Source of the DNA: Verrucomicrobiales bacterium
Lineage (GTDB): Bacteria; Verrucomicrobiota; Verrucomicrobiia; Limisphaerales; DUCD01
NCBI GenBank assembly: GCA_012959985.1
Contig: DUCD01000483.1
Span: 1-50,293 of the forward strand
Direction: 5' to 3'
Length of the DNA: 50,293 nucleotides
Of this stretch, positions 19,031 to 28,410 are shown in pieces. The notes beneath the pieces are model-generated. The model made no database searches and was not told the origin of the DNA. It worked only from the letters and a program-made list of their open reading frames with translations. Each line of letters begins with the position of its first letter. The first letter of the stretch is position 1. The translations under genes were made by a program, and so were the position numbers.

Positions 19031-20197
19031 ATGAAACTAAACTCAACTATTTTAATTTTAGTCCTCTCGGTAATATGGTTTTCCCACGCCGTGGCGGACC
19101 CTCCCGCTTTGGTTAAGGAAAAAGACATCGTTATTTATTCGGATGACCAGTTCCATAGTGCTTTTCCGTCCGTGGTGAGACGTCCCGACGGAGAGCTCAT
19201 TGTGGCCTTCCGTCGTGCTCCGGATCGAAAGGTGTTTGGAGAGAAAGGAACCGGCCACACGAGTCCCAACAGTTATCTCGTCGAAGTGCGCTCGATGGAT
19301 AACGGCAACACCTGGACGACAGCTCCTAGCCTAATTCTGGCTCACCCTTTTGGGGGGTCACAGGATCCGTGCATGATTCAACTGACGGACGAGTCCCTTC
19401 TCTGCACAAGTTATGGTTGGGCATTGCCTCGAGGTGATAATTGGAAGACATGGGGCAACGTGGTTAATGCGGGAGACTTCGTTTTCTTTGGTGGTTACCT
19501 GGTTCGCTCGACAGACGGTGGTAATACTTGGTCGCAAATCATCCTCCCGCCCACCTTACCGGGGAATGATATGAAGACGGTTTTCAATACCCCGATGCCT
19601 GCCTATAATCGCGGTAGTATGTACCAAGGCAGGAGTGGGCGTATCTTCTGGGCAGTTGCTCGTCATGTGTCTGGCGACGATGGCCGCCGCCGGACCGAAA
19701 ATCACTTACTCACTTCGGACGATGGGGGTCTAACTTGGGACTATCGTTCACCCATCGCACAGGATCCCAAGGTTGTGTTTAACGAGGCCTCCATTTACGA
19801 AACGCCTAAGGGTGATATCGTTACCTTTATACGCACCGCAAATTTTGATGACCACACAGTGGTGGCTCGTTCTACCAACGGCGGGGATGACTTCACATGG
19901 GAGGACGCCGGCTTTCAGGGTCACCCTCATTTCCCTTTGAAGCTTCCGGACGGCCGCGTACTTCTAGTTTACGGTTACCGTCACAAGCCTATGGGTATAC
20001 GTGCCCGCATCTTGAACGCAGAGTGCACGGACTACAGGGATTCCATTGAGATCATTCTTCGTGAAGATGGTGGTGGCAGTGACTTGGGATATCCTTGGGC
20101 CACGATGATGGCCGACGGGCGGATCTTAGTGTGCTACTACTTCAACCTTGGCAATGGAACGCGCCACATTGCCGGGACTATTTTGCGATTGGAGTAG
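19031..20197 (+). CDS. BNR/Asp-box repeat beta-propeller protein (sialidase-like glycosidase fold), secreted
   Basis: Signal peptide plus four Asp-boxes: 'SMDNGNTW', 'STDGGNTW', 'SDDGGLTW', 'STNGGDDFTW'. Confidence 0.75.
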   Translation: MKLNSTILILVLSVIWFSHAVADPPALVKEKDIVIYSDDQFHSAFPSVVRRPDGELIVAFRRAPDRKVFGEKGTGHTSPNSYLVEVRSMDNGNTWTTAPSLILAHPFGGSQDPCMIQLTDESLLCTSYGWALPRGDNWKTWGNVVNAGDFVFFGGYLVRSTDGGNTWSQIILPPTLPGNDMKTVFNTPMPAYNRGSMYQGRSGRIFWAVARHVSGDDGRRRTENHLLTSDDGGLTWDYRSPIAQDPKVVFNEASIYETPKGDIVTFIRTANFDDHTVVARSTNGGDDFTWEDAGFQGHPHFPLKLPDGRVLLVYGYRHKPMGIRARILNAECTDYRDSIEIILREDGGGSDLGYPWATMMADGRILVCYYFNLGNGTRHIAGTILRLE

Positions 20198-20211
20198 TTG
20201 TTCGATTGTTT

Positions 20212-21435
20212 TCAATCTTTTTCAAATCTCTTCCTTGTGCCTCTGCGCGAGGTTTCCGTGATAGGTATAGATTTTTCATGAAAAATCGAAAACTTCATAA
20301 ATCTCAATTCCAAAGGGGCACTTTCAACCGGTAGCCTGCGATCTGCCTTTAAACCTGTGGCACGTGTCATGGGACCATGTGGCAGGACCAGTGCCAGTCG
20401 TGAACCGGGACATTTGTCTTTGACTCTGGAAGTGAAATCTTGCAAAAGCTCAATGGCTTGGTCGGTGTCCTCCATGCGTTCACCATAGGGTGGATTGCAG
20501 ACAATATCCGAATGGGGAGCTTCAATTTCCTTGGCGTTCGCAACGTGTAATTCAATCAGATCGCTAAGACCTGCCCTTTCCGCATTTGACCTCGATTGAT
20601 CAATACATTCCGGATCGATGTCTCTTCCCTCAATTTTGTGGGCAGGTTTGGGGTAGGTTTGTTTTTCAGCCTCGTTCCAGGCGTTTTCAACAGCCAACCT
20701 GCCTGGTTCTGAAAAATTGAATACCGTGTACTGATCAGGATTCCTTAAAAGGCCGGGGGGGCGTCCGGTGGCAATCATCGCCGCTTCGATTGCAATTGTT
20801 CCCGCTCCACAAAACGGATCTACAAAGGGTCGTTGTCCGTCATATCCCAAATAACGAAGAAGGGCTGCGGCTCTATGTTCTCGAATAGGAGCGGTGCCGG
20901 TATCAACACGGTATCCTCTTCGATGAATCGGATCACCGGATAAATCCAAAGAGATTTCACATCGGCCTTTCCTGAAAAATGCGACGATCGGCACATCGGG
21001 ATTGTGGCGTGCCACCGACGGCCGTGCTCCCACACGTTTCCTGAATTCGTCGCAAATGGCATCCTTGATTTTTAAAGGAGCAAATGTTCTTGGAATATCA
21101 GTTTTACTGAAATCACCACAGACCCGAACAGAAAAAGTCTGATTTGGAGAAAACCATTTTGGCCAGTCAATCCGCCTGACCTGGCTGTAGACCATGGCTT
21201 GATGGCGTGCGGCAAATTCGGCAATGCTGACCATTACCCGTGATCCGATCCGTGACTTCAAAAGGATCATTGCTGCTGAATCCCATGTTCCGGTCAAATG
21301 GACAACTCCATAGGCCTGTTGGAGGTCTCGAATACCCAGGTCTTCCAGTTCCTCTTTGAGGAGTTCTTCCAAACCGAGAACGGTGGTTACCTGAAGATTA
21401 AGCTGCTGTTGCTGCATGCGCTGAATCATTGCCAT
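20212..21435 (-). CDS. THUMP-domain class I SAM-dependent RNA methyltransferase (RlmL/COG0116-like)
   Basis: 'PLKIKDAICDEFR', 'TAPIREHRAAALLRYLGY', 'FVDPFCGAGTIAIEAA' (SAM motif I) and 'CNPPYGERM' (motif IV). Confidence 0.8.
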   Translation of the reverse strand: MAMIQRMQQQQLNLQVTTVLGLEELLKEELEDLGIRDLQQAYGVVHLTGTWDSAAMILLKSRIGSRVMVSIAEFAARHQAMVYSQVRRIDWPKWFSPNQTFSVRVCGDFSKTDIPRTFAPLKIKDAICDEFRKRVGARPSVARHNPDVPIVAFFRKGRCEISLDLSGDPIHRRGYRVDTGTAPIREHRAAALLRYLGYDGQRPFVDPFCGAGTIAIEAAMIATGRPPGLLRNPDQYTVFNFSEPGRLAVENAWNEAEKQTYPKPAHKIEGRDIDPECIDQSRSNAERAGLSDLIELHVANAKEIEAPHSDIVCNPPYGERMEDTDQAIELLQDFTSRVKDKCPGSRLALVLPHGPMTRATGLKADRRLPVESAPLELRFMKFSIFHEKSIPITETSRRGTRKRFEKD

Positions 21436-21589
21436 GAATTCAAAAAAAGCAAACTGATTAAAAAATTATGAATAGTCATGAGGACATGAGGGCTGAGTTT
21501 GCTCTTTTGTCGGGTCTTGCCGGAAACCCCATTCAGCTCCATTAATGGGTGAAATTATTCTTGAATGCTCCTTAACAAAGAGAACGCAT

Positions 21590-23548
21590 TTATTTCTTCA
21601 GTTCCTTGACAAGGAGGTTTCGCCACCTAACTTCGAGGGGCCCCGTTCCTCGGGGAATCCCATGAACCTGCAATCCGATGAATCCGGACTGGGATATCTC
21701 TTCCTCTTCCAAGTCGGCGACGGACACGCCGTTGATCCATGTCTGAATGCGATTCCCCACTGCACGAACATAAAAGTGATTCCACCCGTTATTTCGAAAA
21801 GCGTTTTTCGAACGATCTTTGCTTAACCAGCCGCGCCCCGTTCCTTCTGAATAAATATACCCTGCATTTCCCGGACTCACCTCGATTTCAACTTGCGGTC
21901 CATGGACACGTCCATTCTTGTAATCCTTCCAACTCTCGGAACGAATTTGGACACCGGAATTGAGTTCCTTGTGGACGTTCACATCGAACATAAGTTCAAA
22001 ATCCTTGTAATTTTTCTCTGTGCAGAGAAATGAATTCGGGCTGCCTTCCGATGTTGTGCCAATGATGACGCCTCCATCCACTCGGTAAGAAGCGGTCCCG
22101 TTTTTCTGGGTCCAGCCGTCGAGATTCTTGCCATTGAAGATTGGAGTCCACGTTGCAGGCACTGCGTCATTGCCCCCATAGTTCAATTGTGAGAGTGTCC
22201 AGGTGGTTGCACGTGGCTGTCCGTAGATGGAAGGCACGGTATTCGATTCGTCGCGAGTTTCAAAACGGACTTTGCCCGAATCCGGTGCGGTGACATCCAC
22301 GGTTATCAATCCGAAATTATTGCCGGACATTGCCCATAACTGATTGTCATGGGCTCTGGGGAAATAGGAAATCTTCTGTCCTTGTTGCAGCGGCGAACTG
22401 GTGGCCTCCACGACCAAGGTGCCGTCGGGTTGTTGCCACTGCATGGCCTCACTGTAGTGGCGGTCTCCACTGATAAAAATGACCCCGCCAATTCTGTGTT
22501 CTGCCAGGAAGTCCAACAATTGTTGTCGTTCGTGTTGCGCTTCTTGGTTGTGGCCTTCTCCACGAATTCCTGCGGAAATAACTTGAGTACCGTTGGCGAT
22601 GATTTTGACTGGAGCGCTTGATTTCTTCAATCCCTCAAGTAACCATTGGAGTTGAGAGTCACCCCATATTTTTCCAGTTTTCACTGTGACATCGTCATGC
22701 CGCTGAGGTGAGTATTTATAGTAGCGATCATCCATTAAAAAAACTTCTACGGGACCCACCCGAAATTTGCTGAAAATCCCTGGTGTATCCGGTGTTCCCC
22801 ATCCGGGATTGGCCCAAAGTTTTCGGAAGGCGCGTAGAGCTTCCTCTTTGAGTTCGAATTCGCGGTCTGCATTATCCGGTCCATAATCGTGATCGTCCCA
22901 AATCCCATAACTGGGCACCGTCCGAAATAAGGGCTCAAGATCTGGATGAACTCGAGTGATAAGATGTCGAGTGATCATTGATTCCTCAAAATTCCAGTCA
23001 CCTGTTTTGCCCGTGGTTCCGAAGTGTTTATCGCTTCCGTCAGCGACGATAAAGTAAGCGTTGTCACCCACGAAAATCGCACAATCCGGGCGTTCTTTTG
23101 CCATGCAATGGTAAATGGGCCCGGGGCCATATTGCGACAACTTGCTGCAAGACCCAAAGGCAATGCGAACTTTCCCGGTTTCTGCAGGCGCAGGCGCTGT
23201 TCTGAACGACAGAGTTGTCGTTTTATCGTCGCTTTTATTGCGATTAATGGTCAGCACGACATGGGTTTCAGTCGCGGGAACCAAGTTTGAGAAATGGACA
23301 AGATAGAAATTATCATCCAAGTGGGTCAGCGAGGAATACTTGTGTATGTGGCCATTTTGCTCGGCGGTTCCCGCAATTACCGAGTCCTGCTTTACACGGA
23401 GCCAGATCGATGCCTGTGAATCGCTGACATGTCCCAACATCGGTCCGGCATGGATGAGCTTGGACGCACTGAAAACATTACTTGCCGGGGCCAGAAAGGA
23501 GGCAATTAGACATGCTATAACCAGCCGATTCGCGCTATGGAGTTTCAT
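21590..23548 (-). CDS. PhoD-like metallophosphatase fused to a C-terminal DUF1080 (3-keto-disaccharide hydrolase-like) domain, secreted
   Basis: Signal peptide. PhoD-type motifs 'FGSCSK', 'FVGDNAYF', 'WDDHDYGPDN', 'ISGDRHYSE'. The C-terminal ~190 aa read 'WTPIFNGKNLDGWTQ...FELMFDVNV...GVQIRS...GPQVEIE...GFIGLQVHG'. Confidence 0.8.
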   Translation of the reverse strand: MKLHSANRLVIACLIASFLAPASNVFSASKLIHAGPMLGHVSDSQASIWLRVKQDSVIAGTAEQNGHIHKYSSLTHLDDNFYLVHFSNLVPATETHVVLTINRNKSDDKTTTLSFRTAPAPAETGKVRIAFGSCSKLSQYGPGPIYHCMAKERPDCAIFVGDNAYFIVADGSDKHFGTTGKTGDWNFEESMITRHLITRVHPDLEPLFRTVPSYGIWDDHDYGPDNADREFELKEEALRAFRKLWANPGWGTPDTPGIFSKFRVGPVEVFLMDDRYYKYSPQRHDDVTVKTGKIWGDSQLQWLLEGLKKSSAPVKIIANGTQVISAGIRGEGHNQEAQHERQQLLDFLAEHRIGGVIFISGDRHYSEAMQWQQPDGTLVVEATSSPLQQGQKISYFPRAHDNQLWAMSGNNFGLITVDVTAPDSGKVRFETRDESNTVPSIYGQPRATTWTLSQLNYGGNDAVPATWTPIFNGKNLDGWTQKNGTASYRVDGGVIIGTTSEGSPNSFLCTEKNYKDFELMFDVNVHKELNSGVQIRSESWKDYKNGRVHGPQVEIEVSPGNAGYIYSEGTGRGWLSKDRSKNAFRNNGWNHFYVRAVGNRIQTWINGVSVADLEEEEISQSGFIGLQVHGIPRGTGPLEVRWRNLLVKELKK

Positions 23549-23637
23549 CTGATCACTCTATATAATTTTGGGGTTCGTTGGCAAGCCCATCTGAGCAAAT
23601 CTACCGTAGGGTTCTCTCTCAGGAAGACTTACTGTGA

Positions 23638-23935
23638 ACTTGGGGTAATCCGAACCAAAAAGAGGCTTATGAATATATGTTGTCGTATTCTCCCTACGAT
23701 AATGTGGAGCCCAAAGCCTATCCCCACCATCTGGTCACAGCAGGCCATCATGATTCACAGGTCCATTACTGGGAACCGGCCAAATGGGTCGCCAAGCTGC
23801 GCGCAAACAAGACGGGCGATATTGTAGACCAATATGGATGCGGGTCACGGGGGTGCCACAGGGCGGTTTAAACGTCATAGTAAAACAGCTATGTTATACG
23901 CTTTTATCCTGGATCTATCCGATTTGAGTAAGTGA
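23638..23935 (+). pseudogene. ptrB: Oligopeptidase B (S9 family) C-terminal remnant with an internal frameshift
   Basis: Frame 1 reads '[61 protein letters not shown]'. After about 23825 the frame shifts to '[30 protein letters not shown]', with a stop at 23933-23935. Only about the last 100 of roughly 700 residues are present, and an in-frame TGA sits immediately upstream (23635). Confidence 0.75.
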
Positions 23936-24015
23936 CCGAAAACTCGCTTAATAACAATTTCCAATGGCAGCTTAAAAAAATTGACAGGTAACACCATCGT
24001 AAATACCATTTAACC

Positions 24016-24273
24016 ATGACAATTACCATCGACGGAGCGGGTAGAGTAGTGATTCCAAAAGAAATCCGGAATCAACTGAATCTCGTCACCGGTTCAGAAC
24101 TCGAAGTCGAAGTGACAGGCTTTGGGATTTGTCTCACTACAACATCTTCGGAGACCAAACTTGTTGAAAAGCGCGGCATTCACATTTTCGACGGAACAGG
24201 AGTTTCAGATATCAATATCCCTGATTTTATCAATCAACAGCGAATGCAAAGAGCCGGCAATGGTACAAAATGA
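24016..24273 (+). CDS. vapB: AbrB/SpoVT-domain antitoxin (VapB-like)
   Basis: 85-aa ORF with 'MTITIDGAGRVVIPKEIRNQLNLVTGSELEVEV', a SpoVT/AbrB swapped-hairpin motif. Its stop overlaps the ATG of the PIN reading frame (ATGA at 24270-24273). Confidence 0.75.
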   Translation: MTITIDGAGRVVIPKEIRNQLNLVTGSELEVEVTGFGICLTTTSSETKLVEKRGIHIFDGTGVSDINIPDFINQQRMQRAGNGTK

Positions 24274-24703
24274 AAGTCTTGTTCGATACATCCGTTCTTG
24301 TGGCGGCGGTGGTGTCAGATTTAAAGAACCACGAGACTTCATTGGATTGCTTCCTTCGGTATACCGAGAAAAAGCATCAAGTAATTTGCCCCACTCACGC
24401 ATTGGTCGAGTGCTATGCAGTAATCTTACTGCGATACCATTGAAACGAAGGATTCAACCCGCCGAGGCCAAATCCTTAATTGATAAAACATAGTCTCGGA
24501 GACTGACGGTTGTATCGATTAGTGAAGAGTTATATTTTCAGTCCATAGACAGAGTTAGCACCTTGGGGCTTGTGAGCGGAATAATTTACGATGCGTTACA
24601 TCTGGCATGTCCAGAGACGGAGGCTTGTTCCAGATTGTACACTTATAATATCACCCATTTTAATAAACTCAGCCCGGTGAAAGTCAGAATTTCTGCTCCC
24701 TGA
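24270..24703 (+). pseudogene. vapC: PIN-domain toxin (VapC-like), disrupted by one frameshift and one in-frame TAG
   Basis: Hand translation gives 'MKVLFDTSVLVAAV...HALVECYAV' in frame 0, which ends at a TGA at 24441. After a shift near 24420-24425 the reading continues as 'LTAIPLKRRIQPAEAKSLIDKT', then TAG at 24491, then the same frame continues 'SRRLTVVSISEELYFQSIDRVSTLGLVSGIIYDALHLA...YTYNITHFNKL...' to a TGA at 24701. Confidence 0.7.
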
Positions 24704-24735
24704 GATATCCGATTCAAACTTCATTTTCTCTCCCT

Positions 24736-25731
24736 ATGATTAAAGATTTCAAATTCGTCATTGTCGGTTCCGGAAACATCAGCCGTACCTATGCCAATGC
24801 CATCGATCAGCTCGATTCCGTTTCTGTTGTTGGACTTGTTTCCCGTCAACAACGGCGACCGGAACATTTCACCGAGGGCATTCCCGTCTTCTCCTCTCTT
24901 TCTGCTGTCAACCTGCCCTTTGACGCTGTCATCCTATGTACCCCTAACGGTCTTCACCATCAAGGTGCCATCGAAGCCGCACAACTTGGCAAACATGTCC
25001 TTACCGAGAAAACGCTCGAGATTAATCCCGCCAATATGGATGCGATGATGGACGCCTGTAGGAATGCCGACGTCAAGTTGGCCGTCAGCTACCAGCGTCG
25101 AATGAGTCCCGACAATATTGTCATCAAGAAACTCCTCGAAACAGACGTCCTCGGTAAAGTGTTCGCTGCAGATATGCGTGTAAAATTCTACCGGGACATG
25201 GATTACTACAACTCTGGCCCCTACCGAGGCTGTTTCGAAATTGACGGTGGTGGACCCTTCATGCAGCAAGCCGCCCATAACGTCGATATCTTCTGCTGGT
25301 TCTTCGGAATGCCTCTGAGTGTTGTGAGCATGCTCGGGACATTCGCTCACGATATCGAAGTGGAGGATCACGGTGTGGCGCTGATGCGATATGAAAACGG
25401 TATGATCGGGACGCTCACCGCTTCCTCTGCCACCCGTCCGGGTTTTCCACCCGTCTTCGAGATCCATACAGACAAAGGTACGGTGATTATGGAGAACGAT
25501 GAAATCAAAACCTGGGCGATTGAGGGAATGGAGAATCCTTCGCAATCAGGAGCCTTTCAGGTTCATAGTGGCTCCAATACCGCTGCGGTCGCTGATACCT
25601 CAGGACACGAGGCCATCCTTAAGGATTTCGTCGATGCGATCCGCGAAAACCGGGAACCCGCTGTTCCTGCCTCCTCAGCTCGCCTCGCTACCGAACTCGT
25701 CCTCCGCATCTACGACTCTAACATAACCTGA
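24736..25731 (+). CDS. Gfo/Idh/MocA family NAD(P)-dependent oxidoreductase
   Basis: 'FKFVIVGSGNISRTYANAI' Rossmann N-terminus and 'GKHVLTEKTLE' (the EKP-type motif of the family). Confidence 0.85.
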   Translation: MIKDFKFVIVGSGNISRTYANAIDQLDSVSVVGLVSRQQRRPEHFTEGIPVFSSLSAVNLPFDAVILCTPNGLHHQGAIEAAQLGKHVLTEKTLEINPANMDAMMDACRNADVKLAVSYQRRMSPDNIVIKKLLETDVLGKVFAADMRVKFYRDMDYYNSGPYRGCFEIDGGGPFMQQAAHNVDIFCWFFGMPLSVVSMLGTFAHDIEVEDHGVALMRYENGMIGTLTASSATRPGFPPVFEIHTDKGTVIMENDEIKTWAIEGMENPSQSGAFQVHSGSNTAAVADTSGHEAILKDFVDAIRENREPAVPASSARLATELVLRIYDSNIT

Positions 25732-25822
25732 CAAAATCGAGTGCGTGAATGACTCCGAATCGTCTATAAACCAATTTCGGAAAAAAGCAGACAGGTTTTC
25801 GGTGGTTGCATCAGGCGGGCGA

Positions 25823-26119
25823 TTAAAGTTTCTCATTCACGCTTCTGACTTTAGCTTCCAGGCTTTCGTCCCGGTCCGTTCGTGTGCCCATTCGGATGGT
25901 GGTGGAAATACGTGGCGCCCCCATTTCATGAACCTTTTCATGGCAACGTTTCACAGCGGCCATGACATCATCCCATTCACCTTCGATGTTGGTGCCATAG
26001 GCATGCAGGTGGGTTTTTAATTTGGCCTCCTGCAGAACTAATTCGCAGGCAGCGATGTATTTGGAGACAGATACTCCTACTCCCATTGGGATGATACAGA
26101 GATCCAGTAATAATTTCAT
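25823..26119 (-). CDS. MTH1187/YkoF family thiamine-binding protein (UPF0045)
   Basis: 98-aa ORF reading 'LLLDLCIIPMGVGVSVSKYIAACELVLQEAKLKTHLHAYGTNIEGEWDDVM'. Its start overlaps the upstream gene's stop by 4 nt. Confidence 0.75.
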   Translation of the reverse strand: MKLLLDLCIIPMGVGVSVSKYIAACELVLQEAKLKTHLHAYGTNIEGEWDDVMAAVKRCHEKVHEMGAPRISTTIRMGTRTDRDESLEAKVRSVNEKL

Positions 26120-28383
26120 AATATAATTTGGTGGGGTGTGCTGACCAATGCACCTTGGTCATCCGTTATCGAAAGATAGACTACAATGGGCCTTTCATCG
26201 GGTAGATGAGCCACCACGGTATTTCCATCGAGAACTGCGGGTGAAGTTTGCCATTTTCGGTGCTGCCATGGACCCTTATTTTTTGTGAAATGAAGACTGC
26301 CTTCCTTTATTTTCAGTTGAGATTCAATGATGGAAGTTACTGTGTTTTTCTCAACTTTCATTTCACTGATTTGTGGAAAACTTCTGTCCTCTTTCAAATG
26401 ACTGTCGACAAAACGGCCGATCTCCATGGGGTTCCAACCCTGGGGATGTCCGTGAGGCATATTGACACGGAGGCAAAGATTCACTTCACCGGGAACCATG
26501 TCATAGGATTTCTGATAACTGTCCATCGGATAGGCAAAGTCATTGGTTCCGTTGACCCACAGAATAGGGCATTGAATACCGGAAAGGTAGATGGATGGAT
26601 CGAAACACGAGACCCATAAGTCCCGTTGTTTCGGGGGCATTGTATTGAATCGAGGTAGCCAGACACTATTCTGATGAAGAAATCCACAGCCGTAAACGGG
26701 AACCGATACCTTCAGACGGTGGTCCAGACCCGAGACAATGCCCGTCAGGTACCCCCCCCAACTGATCCCGGTGATTCCGATTCGACTTCCGTCAACCTCG
26801 TCCAAGGATGCAAGTAGTGAATGTCCCCGAGTCGCGGCGGCGACGGCATGGTAAGTCCACATTTCCTTTGCCGTATCCATCGTGAATTCTCCAAATTTCC
26901 CCTCGTCCGACTGCTCGGGACCACCGTTCATGAGTCGGTTTCCATCTGCTCCACGTCCTGAGAGATCCATAGCAAGGGCGGCGTAACCTCGGTTGGCCCA
27001 AAGCTCAGCCCATACTCTGAATGCTTTGCCTCCGCCGCCATGTAACAGAACCATGGCAGGCACGGGCTCATTGAGGATATCCGGGTGGGCATAGTAGGCA
27101 AAGATGCGAGACGGTTTTCCTTTGAAAGGAACGCCTTCGTAATAGACTTCACGAACCTGTCCTGTTTGGTTTCCCCAGACCGCCTCAGGTAGGGCAAACA
27201 AATCAGTATCATCCCATGGACCAGTGAAATGTTCAGACAGTTCATCCGGGTGGATTCCCGTCGCTGGAATCCTCGACTGATCGGCATTCGGAGTATAACC
27301 GAGAAGACGATCGATGAAATGATAAGATTGCCTTCTGTTTTCCGGTGGAAAATCGTGTTCTGCATTCGGGTATTGAATCCGGAAGTTTCCGGATGCTTCC
27401 AAAAGATCATAGACGCGTTCGACCCTCGGTTCCGTTTTCATGATTCCGGTTACCTCGAAATTCCGATCTCGCAGTGGTGAAATGGAAAAGAAACCTCGAG
27501 GAGCCAGAGCAGCCGCTACTTCATAAAAATCGAAAGGAACTGAATCCGGATCCAGGTGGTATTCCGATTCAAGTCGAGGCATGTAGCGGGTACTGGTCCA
27601 ACCTTTTATCTTTCCACCATAATAATCATGGAAGGGATTCCATCCACAACTGGAGACGATGACTTTGACTCGTTCATCGAACACTCCGAGGAACATCGCG
27701 TTGTGCCCACCTAGGGAATGGCCGATGACGCCTATTTTTTCAGGGTGGACATTGGGGTGATTCTGGAGGAAATCAACACATCGCATGTGATTGAAAATTC
27801 CCTTCATGGTTCCGGATGCGTGACGATCTTTCGTGAAGTCGTAGTCAGAAGCATCTCCGAAGGAAGGGTAATCCGGAGCCATGACCACATAGCCCCTTTG
27901 TGCGAGTTCTTCTCCATAGTTTCGATTCGGGAGTGGTCCGTATCCTGCCACGATGCCTTTGCCTAGCGGAGATGTCGGATGAAGCGCCAGCAGGGCAGGT
28001 CGTTTTTCCTTATCCTCAAGACCATCGGGAATGTAGAGGTGCGAGTAAATACGGTCTCCTTCTCCGGAAGCGATGGACAATTCATAGCGCCTGAAACCAT
28101 TTCCAATAGATACATTTGAATAGGATTCATAGAATAGCCCAAGGTCCTTTCTTGGAGGCAATACTCCCATCGCCTTTTCCATGCCGAGTAGGATCTGTTT
28201 TCGCTTTTTCTTCCAGTCGGACTGTGTTTTGACTTCGAGGTTCTTTCCCTCCTGATTTTGGAAGTGAAACAGGTCGGAATGCCCCGGGGCTCTCGGAGAG
28301 AATATGGATTTTTCTGCAAAGACAGATCCTGTTGGAATCGTCAACAGTATTGCCAATACAATTTTGACTGATAATGATTTCAT
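26116..28383 (-). CDS. Secreted tandem alpha/beta-hydrolase (two esterase-type modules)
   Basis: The ATG at 28383 gives the signal peptide 'MKSLSVKIVLAILLTIPTGSVFA'. Two nucleophile elbows are present, 'GVIGHSLGG' and 'GITGISWGG'. The 25 codons upstream in the track ORF run into an intergenic repeat element. Confidence 0.75.
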   Translation of the reverse strand: MKSLSVKIVLAILLTIPTGSVFAEKSIFSPRAPGHSDLFHFQNQEGKNLEVKTQSDWKKKRKQILLGMEKAMGVLPPRKDLGLFYESYSNVSIGNGFRRYELSIASGEGDRIYSHLYIPDGLEDKEKRPALLALHPTSPLGKGIVAGYGPLPNRNYGEELAQRGYVVMAPDYPSFGDASDYDFTKDRHASGTMKGIFNHMRCVDFLQNHPNVHPEKIGVIGHSLGGHNAMFLGVFDERVKVIVSSCGWNPFHDYYGGKIKGWTSTRYMPRLESEYHLDPDSVPFDFYEVAAALAPRGFFSISPLRDRNFEVTGIMKTEPRVERVYDLLEASGNFRIQYPNAEHDFPPENRRQSYHFIDRLLGYTPNADQSRIPATGIHPDELSEHFTGPWDDTDLFALPEAVWGNQTGQVREVYYEGVPFKGKPSRIFAYYAHPDILNEPVPAMVLLHGGGGKAFRVWAELWANRGYAALAMDLSGRGADGNRLMNGGPEQSDEGKFGEFTMDTAKEMWTYHAVAAATRGHSLLASLDEVDGSRIGITGISWGGYLTGIVSGLDHRLKVSVPVYGCGFLHQNSVWLPRFNTMPPKQRDLWVSCFDPSIYLSGIQCPILWVNGTNDFAYPMDSYQKSYDMVPGEVNLCLRVNMPHGHPQGWNPMEIGRFVDSHLKEDRSFPQISEMKVEKNTVTSIIESQLKIKEGSLHFTKNKGPWQHRKWQTSPAVLDGNTVVAHLPDERPIVVYLSITDDQGALVSTPHQIIL

Positions 28384-28410
28384 TATATCTGATATACTGT
28401 GCGAGCCTGA

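Noticed and set aside
21436-21512. AGCAAACT ... AGTTTGCT pairing plus a T7 run (minus strand) considered as a terminator after the PhoD-like gene
   Set aside because: The loop would be about 45 nt, and the T-run abuts the ATG of the next gene (21435) with no room for a promoter, so it is not convincing as an intrinsic terminator.
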